The notes beneath the pieces were generated by a model, which did not search any database, had not been told where the DNA came from, and saw only the letters and a program-made list of their open reading frames with translations. A DNA stretch of 59,529 nucleotides from positions 1-59,529 of the forward strand of contig JBDTPK010000001.1 in the NCBI GenBank assembly GCA_039932735.1, given 5' to 3'. Below, one piece after another: positions 32,201 to 41,800 of the stretch (position 1 is its first letter; every line of letters begins with the position of its first letter). Both the position numbers and the translations under genes were made by a program. The DNA is from Nitrospirota bacterium (GTDB taxonomy: Bacteria; Nitrospirota; Nitrospiria; Nitrospirales; Nitrospiraceae).

Positions 32201-35200
32201 GGCAAGGTAGACCGGCAGTCCTTGCCCATTCCAGAACAGAAGAGCACGCGCGAATATGTGCCGCCTCGGACGGCCGTGGAGGAGGCCCTGGCTGGAATTT
32301 GGGCCGACCTTTTGGGAGTTGAGCGAGTCGGAGCAGAGGATAATTTTTTCGAGCTTGGCGGAGATTCCATCCTCAGTTTGCAGGTGGTGAGCCGCGCGAG
32401 ACAGAAAGCCATCCTGCTCACTCCTCGGCAGCTCTTCCAATATCAAACCGTTGGGGAATTGGCCGCCCATGCGTCCTCCTCATCCTTGACAACGGAGGTA
32501 TCTTCCCTGACATGGAATGCGTCCACGTTTGTCGATGAAGTCACTGCCGGCATAGTTCGGCATGCCTGCCCGGATCTGGAGGATCTCTATCCGCTGAGTC
32601 ATTTACAGCAGGGGCTGTTGTTTCATAGCGCGTATGCGCCGAAATCGGGCGTCTACATTGAGCAGATGCGCTGCCGATTGCGGGGAGCGTTGGATGGACA
32701 GGCGTTCCGCAAGGCCTGGCAGCGGCTCGTGGCCAGGCACGCGGTGCTTCGAACGAAATTCATGTGGCGGAGCGTGCCGTTACCGGTACAGATCGTAATG
32801 CCTTCGGCAGACCTCCCTTGGCTGGAACTCGACTGGCAGGAATATTCGGGCAGCGAGCAAGAGGCTCGCTTGCGACAATTTGTGCAGGAAGACCGGCGGC
32901 TCGACTTCGACTTCGAGCATCCTCCCTTGATGCGCTTGGCGCTGATCCTTGTTGCGCCGGAGATGTATGAAGTGGTCTGGACTCACCATCACATCCTCAT
33001 GGACGGCTGGTGTTTGCCGATCCTGCTGAACGAAGTTCTAACCTCCTACCAAGCGCTTCGATCCGGAGAAGAACCGGCGCAAGACCTTCCCGTTCCCTAT
33101 CGGCGTTACATTGCCTGGCTCCTGCAACAGGATCCAGGCGCTGCGGAAGCGTTTTGGCGTGCCACCCTCAAAGGTTTTACCGCGCCGACCCTGTTGGGAG
33201 GCGATGCGAAGGAGGAGGAGTCCGATGGAGTTGTGGACTACGGTGTGTTCACACTGACGATTTCGTCGACGACGACTGCAGCGATTCGGGCATGCGCCCA
33301 ACGGTGCCTTGTGACAGAAAACACGCTGGTACAGGGGGTCTGGGCGCTGTTGCTGAGTCGATACTGTGGTGAGACGGACATCGTCTTCGGCACGACGGTT
33401 TCCGGTCGTGCGGCCGAGATCCCTGGAATCGAATCGATGGTCGGTCTGTTCATCAATACGCTGCCGCTTCGTCTCTCGGTGCCGCCTGAGGCCGTCGTGC
33501 ATCAATGGTTGCGGGAGCTGCTCATGCGGAACAGCGCCCTGCGGGAGTATGAACAGACCCCTCTAGCCCAGGTTCAAGGATGGAGCGAGATGCCGCGCGG
33601 TCAATCGTTGTTCGAGAGCCTGATCGTATTCGACAATCATCCGACGGATGAAACGTTGGAGCAAGGGGCTTCCGGGCTTGTGGTAGAGCAGGCGACGCTT
33701 CAGGGACAAACGAACTATCCCTTAACTCTCAACGTGTTGCCCGGAAAGGACCTGACTGTTGCATTCTGGTATCAACGGCGGCGGTTCCATGATGATGCCA
33801 TAGCCCGTATCGCATGCCATTTTGAAGGTCTGATGACTGCGATGATCGAGACACCCCAGGCGCGCTTGTCGGCCTTACCGCTGATGGGGGCGGCGGAGCG
33901 GGCGATGGTAGTGGCGGGGTGGAACGCGACGGCGCAGGCCTATCCGACAGATCGGACGGTGCCGGAGCTGATCGCGGCGCAGGCCGCGCGGACTCCGGCG
34001 GCCATTGCGGTGCGTGATGGCGCCGGCACGCTGACCTATGGCGCATTGCTGGCGCGAGCCAACCAAGTGGCGCAGACCCTGCGGGCCCAGGGCGTCGGCC
34101 CAGAGACTCTCGTGGGGATTGCGATGGCGCGCTCCCTCGATCTGGTGGTCGGCCTGCTGGGCATCCTCCAAGCAGGCGCGTCCTACGTCCCGCTCGATCC
34201 GACCTATCCCACTGACCGGCTCGCGTTCATGCTGGCCGACAGTCAAGTGGCGGCCTTGCTGACCCACGAGGCGCTCATTGCCCCGCTGGGCTTTGCCGGG
34301 TATACCCTCTGTCTCGATCGTGACAGGACGACGATCGCCCGGCAGCCGATCACCGCGCCGCCCGGCCGATTCACCGCCTCGCAGCTGGCCTATACCATCT
34401 ATACCTCCGGCTCCACCGGCCAACCCAAAGGCGCCAGTAACACCCACGGTGGGTTGCGCAACCGCCTGCAGTGGATGCAAGAAGCCTATCCTCTGAACGC
34501 CGCCGACCGGGTGCTGCAGAAAACCCCGATCAGTTTCGACGTCTCCGTGTGGGAATTCTTCTGGCCCCTCTCGGCCGGCGCCGAACTCATCCTGGCCGCG
34601 CCGGAGGAACACAAAGACCCGGCGGCATTGATCGCCCGCATCGTGAGCGCGGGCGTGACCACGCTGCATTTCGTGCCGCCGATGCTGCAGGCGTTCCTCG
34701 ACAGTCCCGGCGTCGCGCGCTGCACCTCGCTCCGGCAGATCATCTGTAGCGGCGAAGCTCTGCCGGCGTCCCTGCCGCCACGGGTGGCGGCCCAGTGGCC
34801 GACCGTCCGGCTGCACAATCTCTATGGCCCCACGGAAGCGGCTATCGACGTGACGGCCTGGACCTGTCCGCAGACCCCTGAGATCAGCACCGTGCCCATA
34901 GGCCGGCCGATCGCCAACACGCAGATCTATGTGCTCGATCCACAGGGCCAGCCGGTGCCGGTGGGGGTGCCGGGCGAGCTCTATATTGGTGGGGTCGGGG
35001 TGGCGCGGGGGTATCACCGCCGCCCGGCGCTCACCGCCGAGCGGTTCGTGCCTGATCCGTTCAGCGCGTCCGCGGGGCAGCGCCTCTATCGCACCGGCGA
35101 CCTCGTCCGGTTCCGGGCGGATGGCGTGCTCGACTATCTGGGACGTCTGGACCATCAAGTCAAGATCCGAGGATTCCGGATCGAGCTGGGCGAGATCGAA

Positions 35201-35809
35201 CAGACATTACGGCAGCAACCGGGCGTGCGCGAGGCGGTGGTGGTGGCGCGGGCGGAAACGTCGGGGACGACGCGGCTCGTGGGCTATGTGACAACCGACG
35301 CGGGTACCGCAATTGAGAATGGGAGGTTGCAGCAGGGGCTGGCGCGCCGGTTGCCTGAGTACATGGTGCCGGCCGCGATCGTGCTGTTGGAGGAGCTGCC
35401 GTTGAGTCCGAACGGCAAGGTGGACCGCAAGGCGTTGCCGGCGCCGGACGCCGAGCGCCAGCGGACGACGGCCTATGAGGCGCCGCAGACGGAGCCGGAG
35501 CAGACCTTGGCGGCGATCTGGGCCCAGGTGCTCGGGCTCCCCCGAATCGGCCGCTACGACAACTTCTTTGAACTCGGCGGCGATTCGATCAACAGCCTGC
35601 AGATCCTGGCGCGAGCCCATCAAACAGGAATCCAATTGACGCCGAAGCAACTCTTCGACAACCCAACGATTGCGTCTGCTGCCGCTGTTGCGGTAATCGG
35701 CAGCGTGACAATGGAAGGATTCTTGTCGGACGCCGGCGCCCCAACTCGTATTGCGGATGTGGAACTGACGGATGACGACATGCAGAGCTTATTGGAAGAA
35801 ATCGGGTAG
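29279..35809 (+). CDS. NRPS 1: C(LCL)-A-T-C(DCL/dual type)-A-T
   Basis: C1 HHIVCDGWS; A1 code read as DIWELTADDK; T1 FFELGGDSIL; C2 YPLSHLQQGLLFH...HHHILMDGWC; A2 code read as DVWHISLIDK (Ser-like); T2 FFELGGDSIN. ATG 29279 overlaps the TauD stop. The ORF-track start at 29132 overlaps the TauD gene by 150 nt. Confidence 0.95.
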   Translation: MNDEAAQSEALQSEGAETEHYVFPMSFAQRRLWFLSHLEPESASYNTAIAVRIQGVLDRQAVEGAFNDIVRRHEVLRTTFASLDGNPVQIIAVEREVDLRVITIAGSDDRIERAIVEEAQHPFDLSRGPLIRLCLLQKQEEEHVLVVTLHHIVCDGWSAQILAREFALLYAARMAGSVSPLPALPIQYADYGEWQRQWLQGPVLERQLAYWTRQLSGDLPVLELPTGRPRTGVQASSGSRHTFVVPAKVAQALIALSRREGVTLFMTLLAAFQVLLLRYTGIDDVCVGTSVACRTRRETEDLIGFFANTLVLRADLSGNPPFSRLLARVREVVIGAQAHQDLPFEELVDALKPVRDLSHSPLFQVMFVLQTTLSQAIRLQGLSVEIQEVDIASAKFDLSLDMAETEQGLEGAFEYNTDLFEQSTILRMTDQLLRLLQGIVDRPEARAHELPFMAASEWHHVVTESHGRESSLPVTTGYADLFEAQVERCPEAIAVVCQGQSLTYRELNAAANQVAHALGRTGVGAESIVAVLDQRGIPFLAMLIGVLKAGGVYMPLDPTHPVARWSRLIELSHAEVVLTTEPYRAWLLGASSRLSQSQDIPVLTMEHIRALSAPECHPPRQSSPDQLAYVIYTSGSTGVPKGAMVTQQGMVNHLMSKIAVLGLDAQAVVAQTASSCFDISVWQFLTALLCGGRTLIVPDDIARDPAALLTCLNESGATVAETVPVVLQGMLDTAAGSTAYPLHRLRWMLPTGEALPPQLCRNWLQQFPHIPLMNAYGPAECADDVAMAPITVPPARARICMPIGLPIQNVRLYVLDRWLEPTTIEVPGEICVGGIAVGRGYLQDSARTAESFVPDPFGKDPGMRLYRTGDRACRRADGSLEFLGRFDHQVKLRGVRIEVGEIEARLRELPGIRDAVVALREDCPGQKRLTAYVVTSIEGDNQRESWRAALRMSLPDAMIPACFVLMDSLPCTPNGKVDRQSLPIPEQKSTREYVPPRTAVEEALAGIWADLLGVERVGAEDNFFELGGDSILSLQVVSRARQKAILLTPRQLFQYQTVGELAAHASSSSLTTEVSSLTWNASTFVDEVTAGIVRHACPDLEDLYPLSHLQQGLLFHSAYAPKSGVYIEQMRCRLRGALDGQAFRKAWQRLVARHAVLRTKFMWRSVPLPVQIVMPSADLPWLELDWQEYSGSEQEARLRQFVQEDRRLDFDFEHPPLMRLALILVAPEMYEVVWTHHHILMDGWCLPILLNEVLTSYQALRSGEEPAQDLPVPYRRYIAWLLQQDPGAAEAFWRATLKGFTAPTLLGGDAKEEESDGVVDYGVFTLTISSTTTAAIRACAQRCLVTENTLVQGVWALLLSRYCGETDIVFGTTVSGRAAEIPGIESMVGLFINTLPLRLSVPPEAVVHQWLRELLMRNSALREYEQTPLAQVQGWSEMPRGQSLFESLIVFDNHPTDETLEQGASGLVVEQATLQGQTNYPLTLNVLPGKDLTVAFWYQRRRFHDDAIARIACHFEGLMTAMIETPQARLSALPLMGAAERAMVVAGWNATAQAYPTDRTVPELIAAQAARTPAAIAVRDGAGTLTYGALLARANQVAQTLRAQGVGPETLVGIAMARSLDLVVGLLGILQAGASYVPLDPTYPTDRLAFMLADSQVAALLTHEALIAPLGFAGYTLCLDRDRTTIARQPITAPPGRFTASQLAYTIYTSGSTGQPKGASNTHGGLRNRLQWMQEAYPLNAADRVLQKTPISFDVSVWEFFWPLSAGAELILAAPEEHKDPAALIARIVSAGVTTLHFVPPMLQAFLDSPGVARCTSLRQIICSGEALPASLPPRVAAQWPTVRLHNLYGPTEAAIDVTAWTCPQTPEISTVPIGRPIANTQIYVLDPQGQPVPVGVPGELYIGGVGVARGYHRRPALTAERFVPDPFSASAGQRLYRTGDLVRFRADGVLDYLGRLDHQVKIRGFRIELGEIEQTLRQQPGVREAVVVARAETSGTTRLVGYVTTDAGTAIENGRLQQGLARRLPEYMVPAAIVLLEELPLSPNGKVDRKALPAPDAERQRTTAYEAPQTEPEQTLAAIWAQVLGLPRIGRYDNFFELGGDSINSLQILARAHQTGIQLTPKQLFDNPTIASAAAVAVIGSVTMEGFLSDAGAPTRIADVELTDDDMQSLLEEIG
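33862..35589 (+). repeat. Copy 1 of a 1,728-bp perfect direct repeat (A domain plus start of T domain)
   Basis: Offset 6,528 nt to copy 2. All lines I compared are identical, and ORF-track translations in five frames are identical. Identity starts in the C-A linker and ends 2 nt after the carrier Ser codon. Confidence 0.9.
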
Positions 35810-35824
35810 AGGATTTACGCGAAC

Positions 35825-38800
35825 ATGATCGATGCATTGAAGGCCGATTCGACCAAGGACGGCGCCGCAAAACATATCGAAGCCATTTACCAGCTCTCGC
35901 CGATGCAGGAAGGCATGCTGTTCCACACGCTGATGAATCCAGGAACGGGCATTTATCTGATGCAGAACCGGTATTACGTGGAGGGAGACGTGGATGCCGC
36001 GGTCTTTCGTCTGGCGTGGGAACAGGTGATCGCGCGTCATTCGATCTTGCGCACGTCCTTTGTGTGGAAGAGTCAAAAGCGTCCGCTGCAGGCTGTGCAC
36101 AAACAGGTAGAAGTTCCTCTCGATGTGATGGATTGGCGTGGAACTGATCGGGTGGAACAAATCACCCGTCTTGACGCCCTGTTGCAAAGCGAACTGGAAA
36201 CAGGATTCGACTTTGCCAAAGCACCGTTGATGCGATTGCGTCTAATTCGCTTGACCGATCACACGTATCAGTTCGCCCACAGTTTTCATCATATTCTTTT
36301 AGATGAATGGTGCATTTCGCCGCTGCTCATGGATTTTCTGGCTCATTATGAAGCCTGTGCCCAGGGACGGGACTGCCAGGCAGATAAGCCGCGCCCCTAT
36401 CGGGACTACATCGCATGGCTGCAAAAGCAGGACTTGGAGACTGCGCAAACATTTTGGCGCGACTATCTCCGTGATTTCCCGACGCCCACGCCGCTGGCGT
36501 ACGACCGACTGCCGGAAGGTCTCGCCGATCAGAATGAAGACGCAGCGGATCATTGCGTCCATCTGAACGCCGATACGACAGCGGCGCTGGTCTCATTGGC
36601 CCAACGGCATCGACTGACGCCGAACACGTTCGTGCAAGGCGCATGGGCGATCCTCTTGAGTTATTACAGCGGTGATCAGGACATTCTGTTCGGTGTGACC
36701 GTCGCCGGCCGACCGCCAGGCCTGCTGGGTGTGGAATCCGTGCTCGGGCTGTTCATCAATACACTTCCCCTACGCGTAAGGGTTTCGCCGGACCGTCACT
36801 TCCTTCCGTGGCTCACAGATCTGATGGCGGAGAATATTCGGCTGCGGGAGTTTGAATACACGCCACTCGTCCAGATTCAGCGCTGCAGCGAAGTCCCGCG
36901 GGGAGAAGCGCTGTTTCACAGCCTGTTTGTCTTCGAGAATGCGCCGGTCGATCCCGCGCTCTTCGAAGGCCGGATCATGTTTCGCGCCGAAGAAGAACAA
37001 TACAGGGTTCATACCAACTACCCCATGACGGTGATGGGATGGCCGGGGAAAGAACTGGGACTGAAACTGTCCTATGACCGTCAGCTGTTCGATTCGGAAA
37101 CGGTCGTCAGAATGATCGGACATTTGAAGCGGTTGCTGGAAGCGATGGTGCAGCAGCCTGACGCGCGAATCGGCGAATTGCCGCTGCTCGGACAGGATGA
37201 ACGCGCACAGCTATTATCGACCTGGGTCGAGACGGCAACGCAGGAGCCGGACGACAGGAGTTTCAATGTCCGGTTCGAAGAACAGGTCCGACGGGCGCCG
37301 CATTCGTCAGCGGTTTCCTGCCGGGGCGAAGCCTTGAGTTATTGCGAACTGAACCGGCGGGCCAACCGCCTGGCCCACGCCTTGGTGTCGACGGGGGTCG
37401 GCCCTGAATCCATCGTCGGCCTGCTGGACGAACGAAGCCCCGCTCTCCTCGCGATGATCGTGGGTGTATTCAAAGCCGGCGGCGCCTATCTTCCGCTGGA
37501 TCCTCATCATCCCACGTCGCGTCTGGTGCGTGTTCTCGAACTAAGTCGGGTAGCGGTGCTCGTGACGTCGGCGGGACTGTTCGAGCGGATGACTCTAGCA
37601 TTAGCTTCCATGCCGCCGGAATCTCGCCCCCGCCTGTTGTCGCTGGATACCGTATTGGCTGAACCGGGCCTCGAGTATGATCTTCCGACACGCGCGCGTC
37701 CGGAACATCTCGCCTATGTCATTTACACGTCCGGCTCGACCGGCGTTCCCAAGGGAGCAATGGTCACGCAAGGCGGCATGCTCAACAACATGTCGAGCAA
37801 ACTCTCGTCCTTGCCCATCTCCTCGACAGACGTCATCGCGCAGACGGCATCGCAATGTTTTGATATTTCAGTCTGGCAATTTCTGACGGCGCTCTTGTCC
37901 GGCGCACGTACGCATATCGTGCCCGACGAGATCGTCCGCGATCCCGCCAAGCTGCTGCCGCATCTTGAAGAGGCGGGGATTAGTGTTTTCGAGACCGTTC
38001 CCGCCCTTCTACAGGCGTTGCTGGAGTCCGGCCGCGCGATGGCTTCGCCGCCCGCTTTGTCCAGGCTCCGCTGGGTCTTGCCGACGGGCGAAGCTCTGCC
38101 ACCGGCATTATGTCGTCAATGGTTCGTGCAGTATCCGCAGATTCCCCTGATGAACGCGTATGGACCGGCGGAATGTGCCGATGATGTCGCGGTGTATCCG
38201 ATCCTGACCGCTCCTCCCGAGGATCTCCCCCGTGTTCCGATCGGACGCGCGATCCCCAACATCCGGCTCTATATTGTGAATACGTGTCTCTCGCCGGTTC
38301 CGGTCGCGGTGCCGGGAGAGCTGTGTATCGGAGGCATCGGTGTCGGGCGAGGATATTTGCATGATCCGGCGCGCACCGCCGAATCGTTCGTGCCCGATCC
38401 CTTCTGGAAGGAACAGGGAGCGCGGCTGTACCGCACGGGCGATCTGGCGCGATATCGGCGAGACGGCACGATCGAGTACTTGGGACGCTTGGATCATCAA
38501 GTCAAAATCAGGGGATTTCGGATCGAACTCGGTGAAATCGAGACCCATCTGAACCGGCATCAATCTGTTCGAGAAGCCGTGGTCGTGGTGCGCGAAGATC
38601 GGTCGGGAGACCGGCGATTGGTCGCCTATATCGTCAATCGTGAAACGGAGCCGGCCGATGCCGCCGCCTTGCGGCAGTTTCTGGAGGCCCAGCTACCTGA
38701 ATATATGGTTCCCGCGTTGTTCGTGCAGCTCGACACGTTGCCGCGGACCGTCAACGGGAAAGTAGACCGTCGGGCTTTGCCGGCTCCCGGCGCCGATGAT

Positions 38801-41800
38801 CACCTTGCACAGCGCTACGTCGCGCCCCGCACGACGACGGAGGAGTTGTTAGCCGGCATGTGGGTGAACATTCTTGCTGTGGATCGTGTGGGAGTACACG
38901 ACCATTTCTTCGAGCTAGGGGGACATTCGCTGCTCGCGACTCAAATCGTGTCGCGAATCCGTAGCGCCTTTCATATCGAGCTGCCACTCAGGACCCTGTT
39001 CGATGCTCCCACGGTGTCGGAGCTAGCCGAAGCCGTGGACGAGATGCGGGCAAAAGGGGTCGGAGCGCAACCTCCATCGATAGTTCCCGTCCCCAAGGAA
39101 GGACCGCTCCCACTTTCATTTGCACAACAGCGGCTTTGGTTTTTGACGCAACTGGAACCGGATAGCTGGTTCTATAACCTCGCCTTCGGTATTCGAGTGG
39201 CCGGTCCGCTGGACGTCGCAGCATTGCAGGCGAGTTTTGACGCCGTGGCTCGTCGTCACGATATGTTGCGCACGATATTTACGGCGAACGATGGGCGGCC
39301 GTCGCAGATGATCGATGAATCTCTGCCGACTCCCTTCGTCTGTATATCCACGACACCCTCGGTCGACGGCGATATGGAGCAGGAGGTACAGCGGCTGGCC
39401 GCCGAAGAAGCCCGGCACGCATTCAAGATCGAAGGCGGGTTGCTGTGGCGGGCGCGATTATTTCAACTGAATGTGCAGGATCATGTCTTGATGGTGACAC
39501 TGCACCATGTCATCGCCGACGGCTGGTCTCTGAATCTCTTGCTGGCCGATATGATCTCCTCATACGTTGCATTGCAGGCTGGCCAGCCGTCTCCGCTCCC
39601 GTCTCCGCGACTGCAGTATGTCGACTATGCACAGTGGCAGCGTGGGTGGCTCGCCGGGGAGGTGCTAGAGCGGCAGCTCGATTACTGGAAACAGGCACTC
39701 AGTGGGGCTCCCGCCGTCCTGGCATTGCAGACCGATCATCCTCGTCCGTCCGTGCAAACGTTTCACGGCGCTCGGCAGTCCATCACGATATCGCCCACCT
39801 TGACGGCCGGGCTGCACACCGTCGGTAGGCGGCAAGAGGCGACATTGTTCATGACCTTGTTGGCGGCATTTCAGGTGCTGTTGCATCGATATAGCGGAGA
39901 AACCGATCTCTCGATCGGTACGCCGATTGCGAATCGGACCAGCCTTGAGACGGAGGATCTCATCGGGTTCTTCGTCAACACGCTGGTCCTCCGGACCGAT
40001 CTCGTTGGTAATCCGCGCTTCATCGACCTGTTGGACCGTGTCCGGGAGGTCGTTCTGGGGGCACAGAGTCATCAGGATCTGCCGTTCGAGCATATCGTCG
40101 ATGCCTTGCGTCCGACCCGCGATTTGAGCCATTCACCGCTCTTCCAGGTGATGTTTGCCCTTCAAACACTGGCTCCTCAGACGCTCGACCTCCCGGATCT
40201 GAAACTTGAGATGCTCGAGATTGATCCTGGCAGCGCCAAGTTCGATCTGTCGTTGGAAATGACGCTTGAGCCGGACGGACTCACGGGGTTTTTCGAGTAC
40301 AACACGGATTTGTTCGAGGCTGTCACCATTGTTCGGATGGCCGGTCATTTTCAAACTCTTTTGGAAGCGATCGTGGTACAGCCTGAACAGCGCTTGTCGG
40401 CCTTACCGCTGATGGGGGCGGCGGAGCGGGCGATGGTAGTGGCGGGGTGGAACGCGACGGCGCAGGCCTATCCGACAGATCGGACGGTGCCGGAGCTGAT
40501 CGCGGCGCAGGCCGCGCGGACTCCGGCGGCCATTGCGGTGCGTGATGGCGCCGGCACGCTGACCTATGGCGCATTGCTGGCGCGAGCCAACCAAGTGGCG
40601 CAGACCCTGCGGGCCCAGGGCGTCGGCCCAGAGACTCTCGTGGGGATTGCGATGGCGCGCTCCCTCGATCTGGTGGTCGGCCTGCTGGGCATCCTCCAAG
40701 CAGGCGCGTCCTACGTCCCGCTCGATCCGACCTATCCCACTGACCGGCTCGCGTTCATGCTGGCCGACAGTCAAGTGGCGGCCTTGCTGACCCACGAGGC
40801 GCTCATTGCCCCGCTGGGCTTTGCCGGGTATACCCTCTGTCTCGATCGTGACAGGACGACGATCGCCCGGCAGCCGATCACCGCGCCGCCCGGCCGATTC
40901 ACCGCCTCGCAGCTGGCCTATACCATCTATACCTCCGGCTCCACCGGCCAACCCAAAGGCGCCAGTAACACCCACGGTGGGTTGCGCAACCGCCTGCAGT
41001 GGATGCAAGAAGCCTATCCTCTGAACGCCGCCGACCGGGTGCTGCAGAAAACCCCGATCAGTTTCGACGTCTCCGTGTGGGAATTCTTCTGGCCCCTCTC
41101 GGCCGGCGCCGAACTCATCCTGGCCGCGCCGGAGGAACACAAAGACCCGGCGGCATTGATCGCCCGCATCGTGAGCGCGGGCGTGACCACGCTGCATTTC
41201 GTGCCGCCGATGCTGCAGGCGTTCCTCGACAGTCCCGGCGTCGCGCGCTGCACCTCGCTCCGGCAGATCATCTGTAGCGGCGAAGCTCTGCCGGCGTCCC
41301 TGCCGCCACGGGTGGCGGCCCAGTGGCCGACCGTCCGGCTGCACAATCTCTATGGCCCCACGGAAGCGGCTATCGACGTGACGGCCTGGACCTGTCCGCA
41401 GACCCCTGAGATCAGCACCGTGCCCATAGGCCGGCCGATCGCCAACACGCAGATCTATGTGCTCGATCCACAGGGCCAGCCGGTGCCGGTGGGGGTGCCG
41501 GGCGAGCTCTATATTGGTGGGGTCGGGGTGGCGCGGGGGTATCACCGCCGCCCGGCGCTCACCGCCGAGCGGTTCGTGCCTGATCCGTTCAGCGCGTCCG
41601 CGGGGCAGCGCCTCTATCGCACCGGCGACCTCGTCCGGTTCCGGGCGGATGGCGTGCTCGACTATCTGGGACGTCTGGACCATCAAGTCAAGATCCGAGG
41701 ATTCCGGATCGAGCTGGGCGAGATCGAACAGACATTACGGCAGCAACCGGGCGTGCGCGAGGCGGTGGTGGTGGCGCGGGCGGAAACGTCGGGGACGACG

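Noticed and set aside
33875-35158. Identical 427-aa minus-strand ORFs at 33875..35158 and 40403..41686
   Set aside because: They are antisense shadow frames of the GC-rich A domain. They are identical only because the underlying DNA is the 1,728-bp repeat. They have Arg/Pro/Gly-rich low-complexity composition and no motifs.
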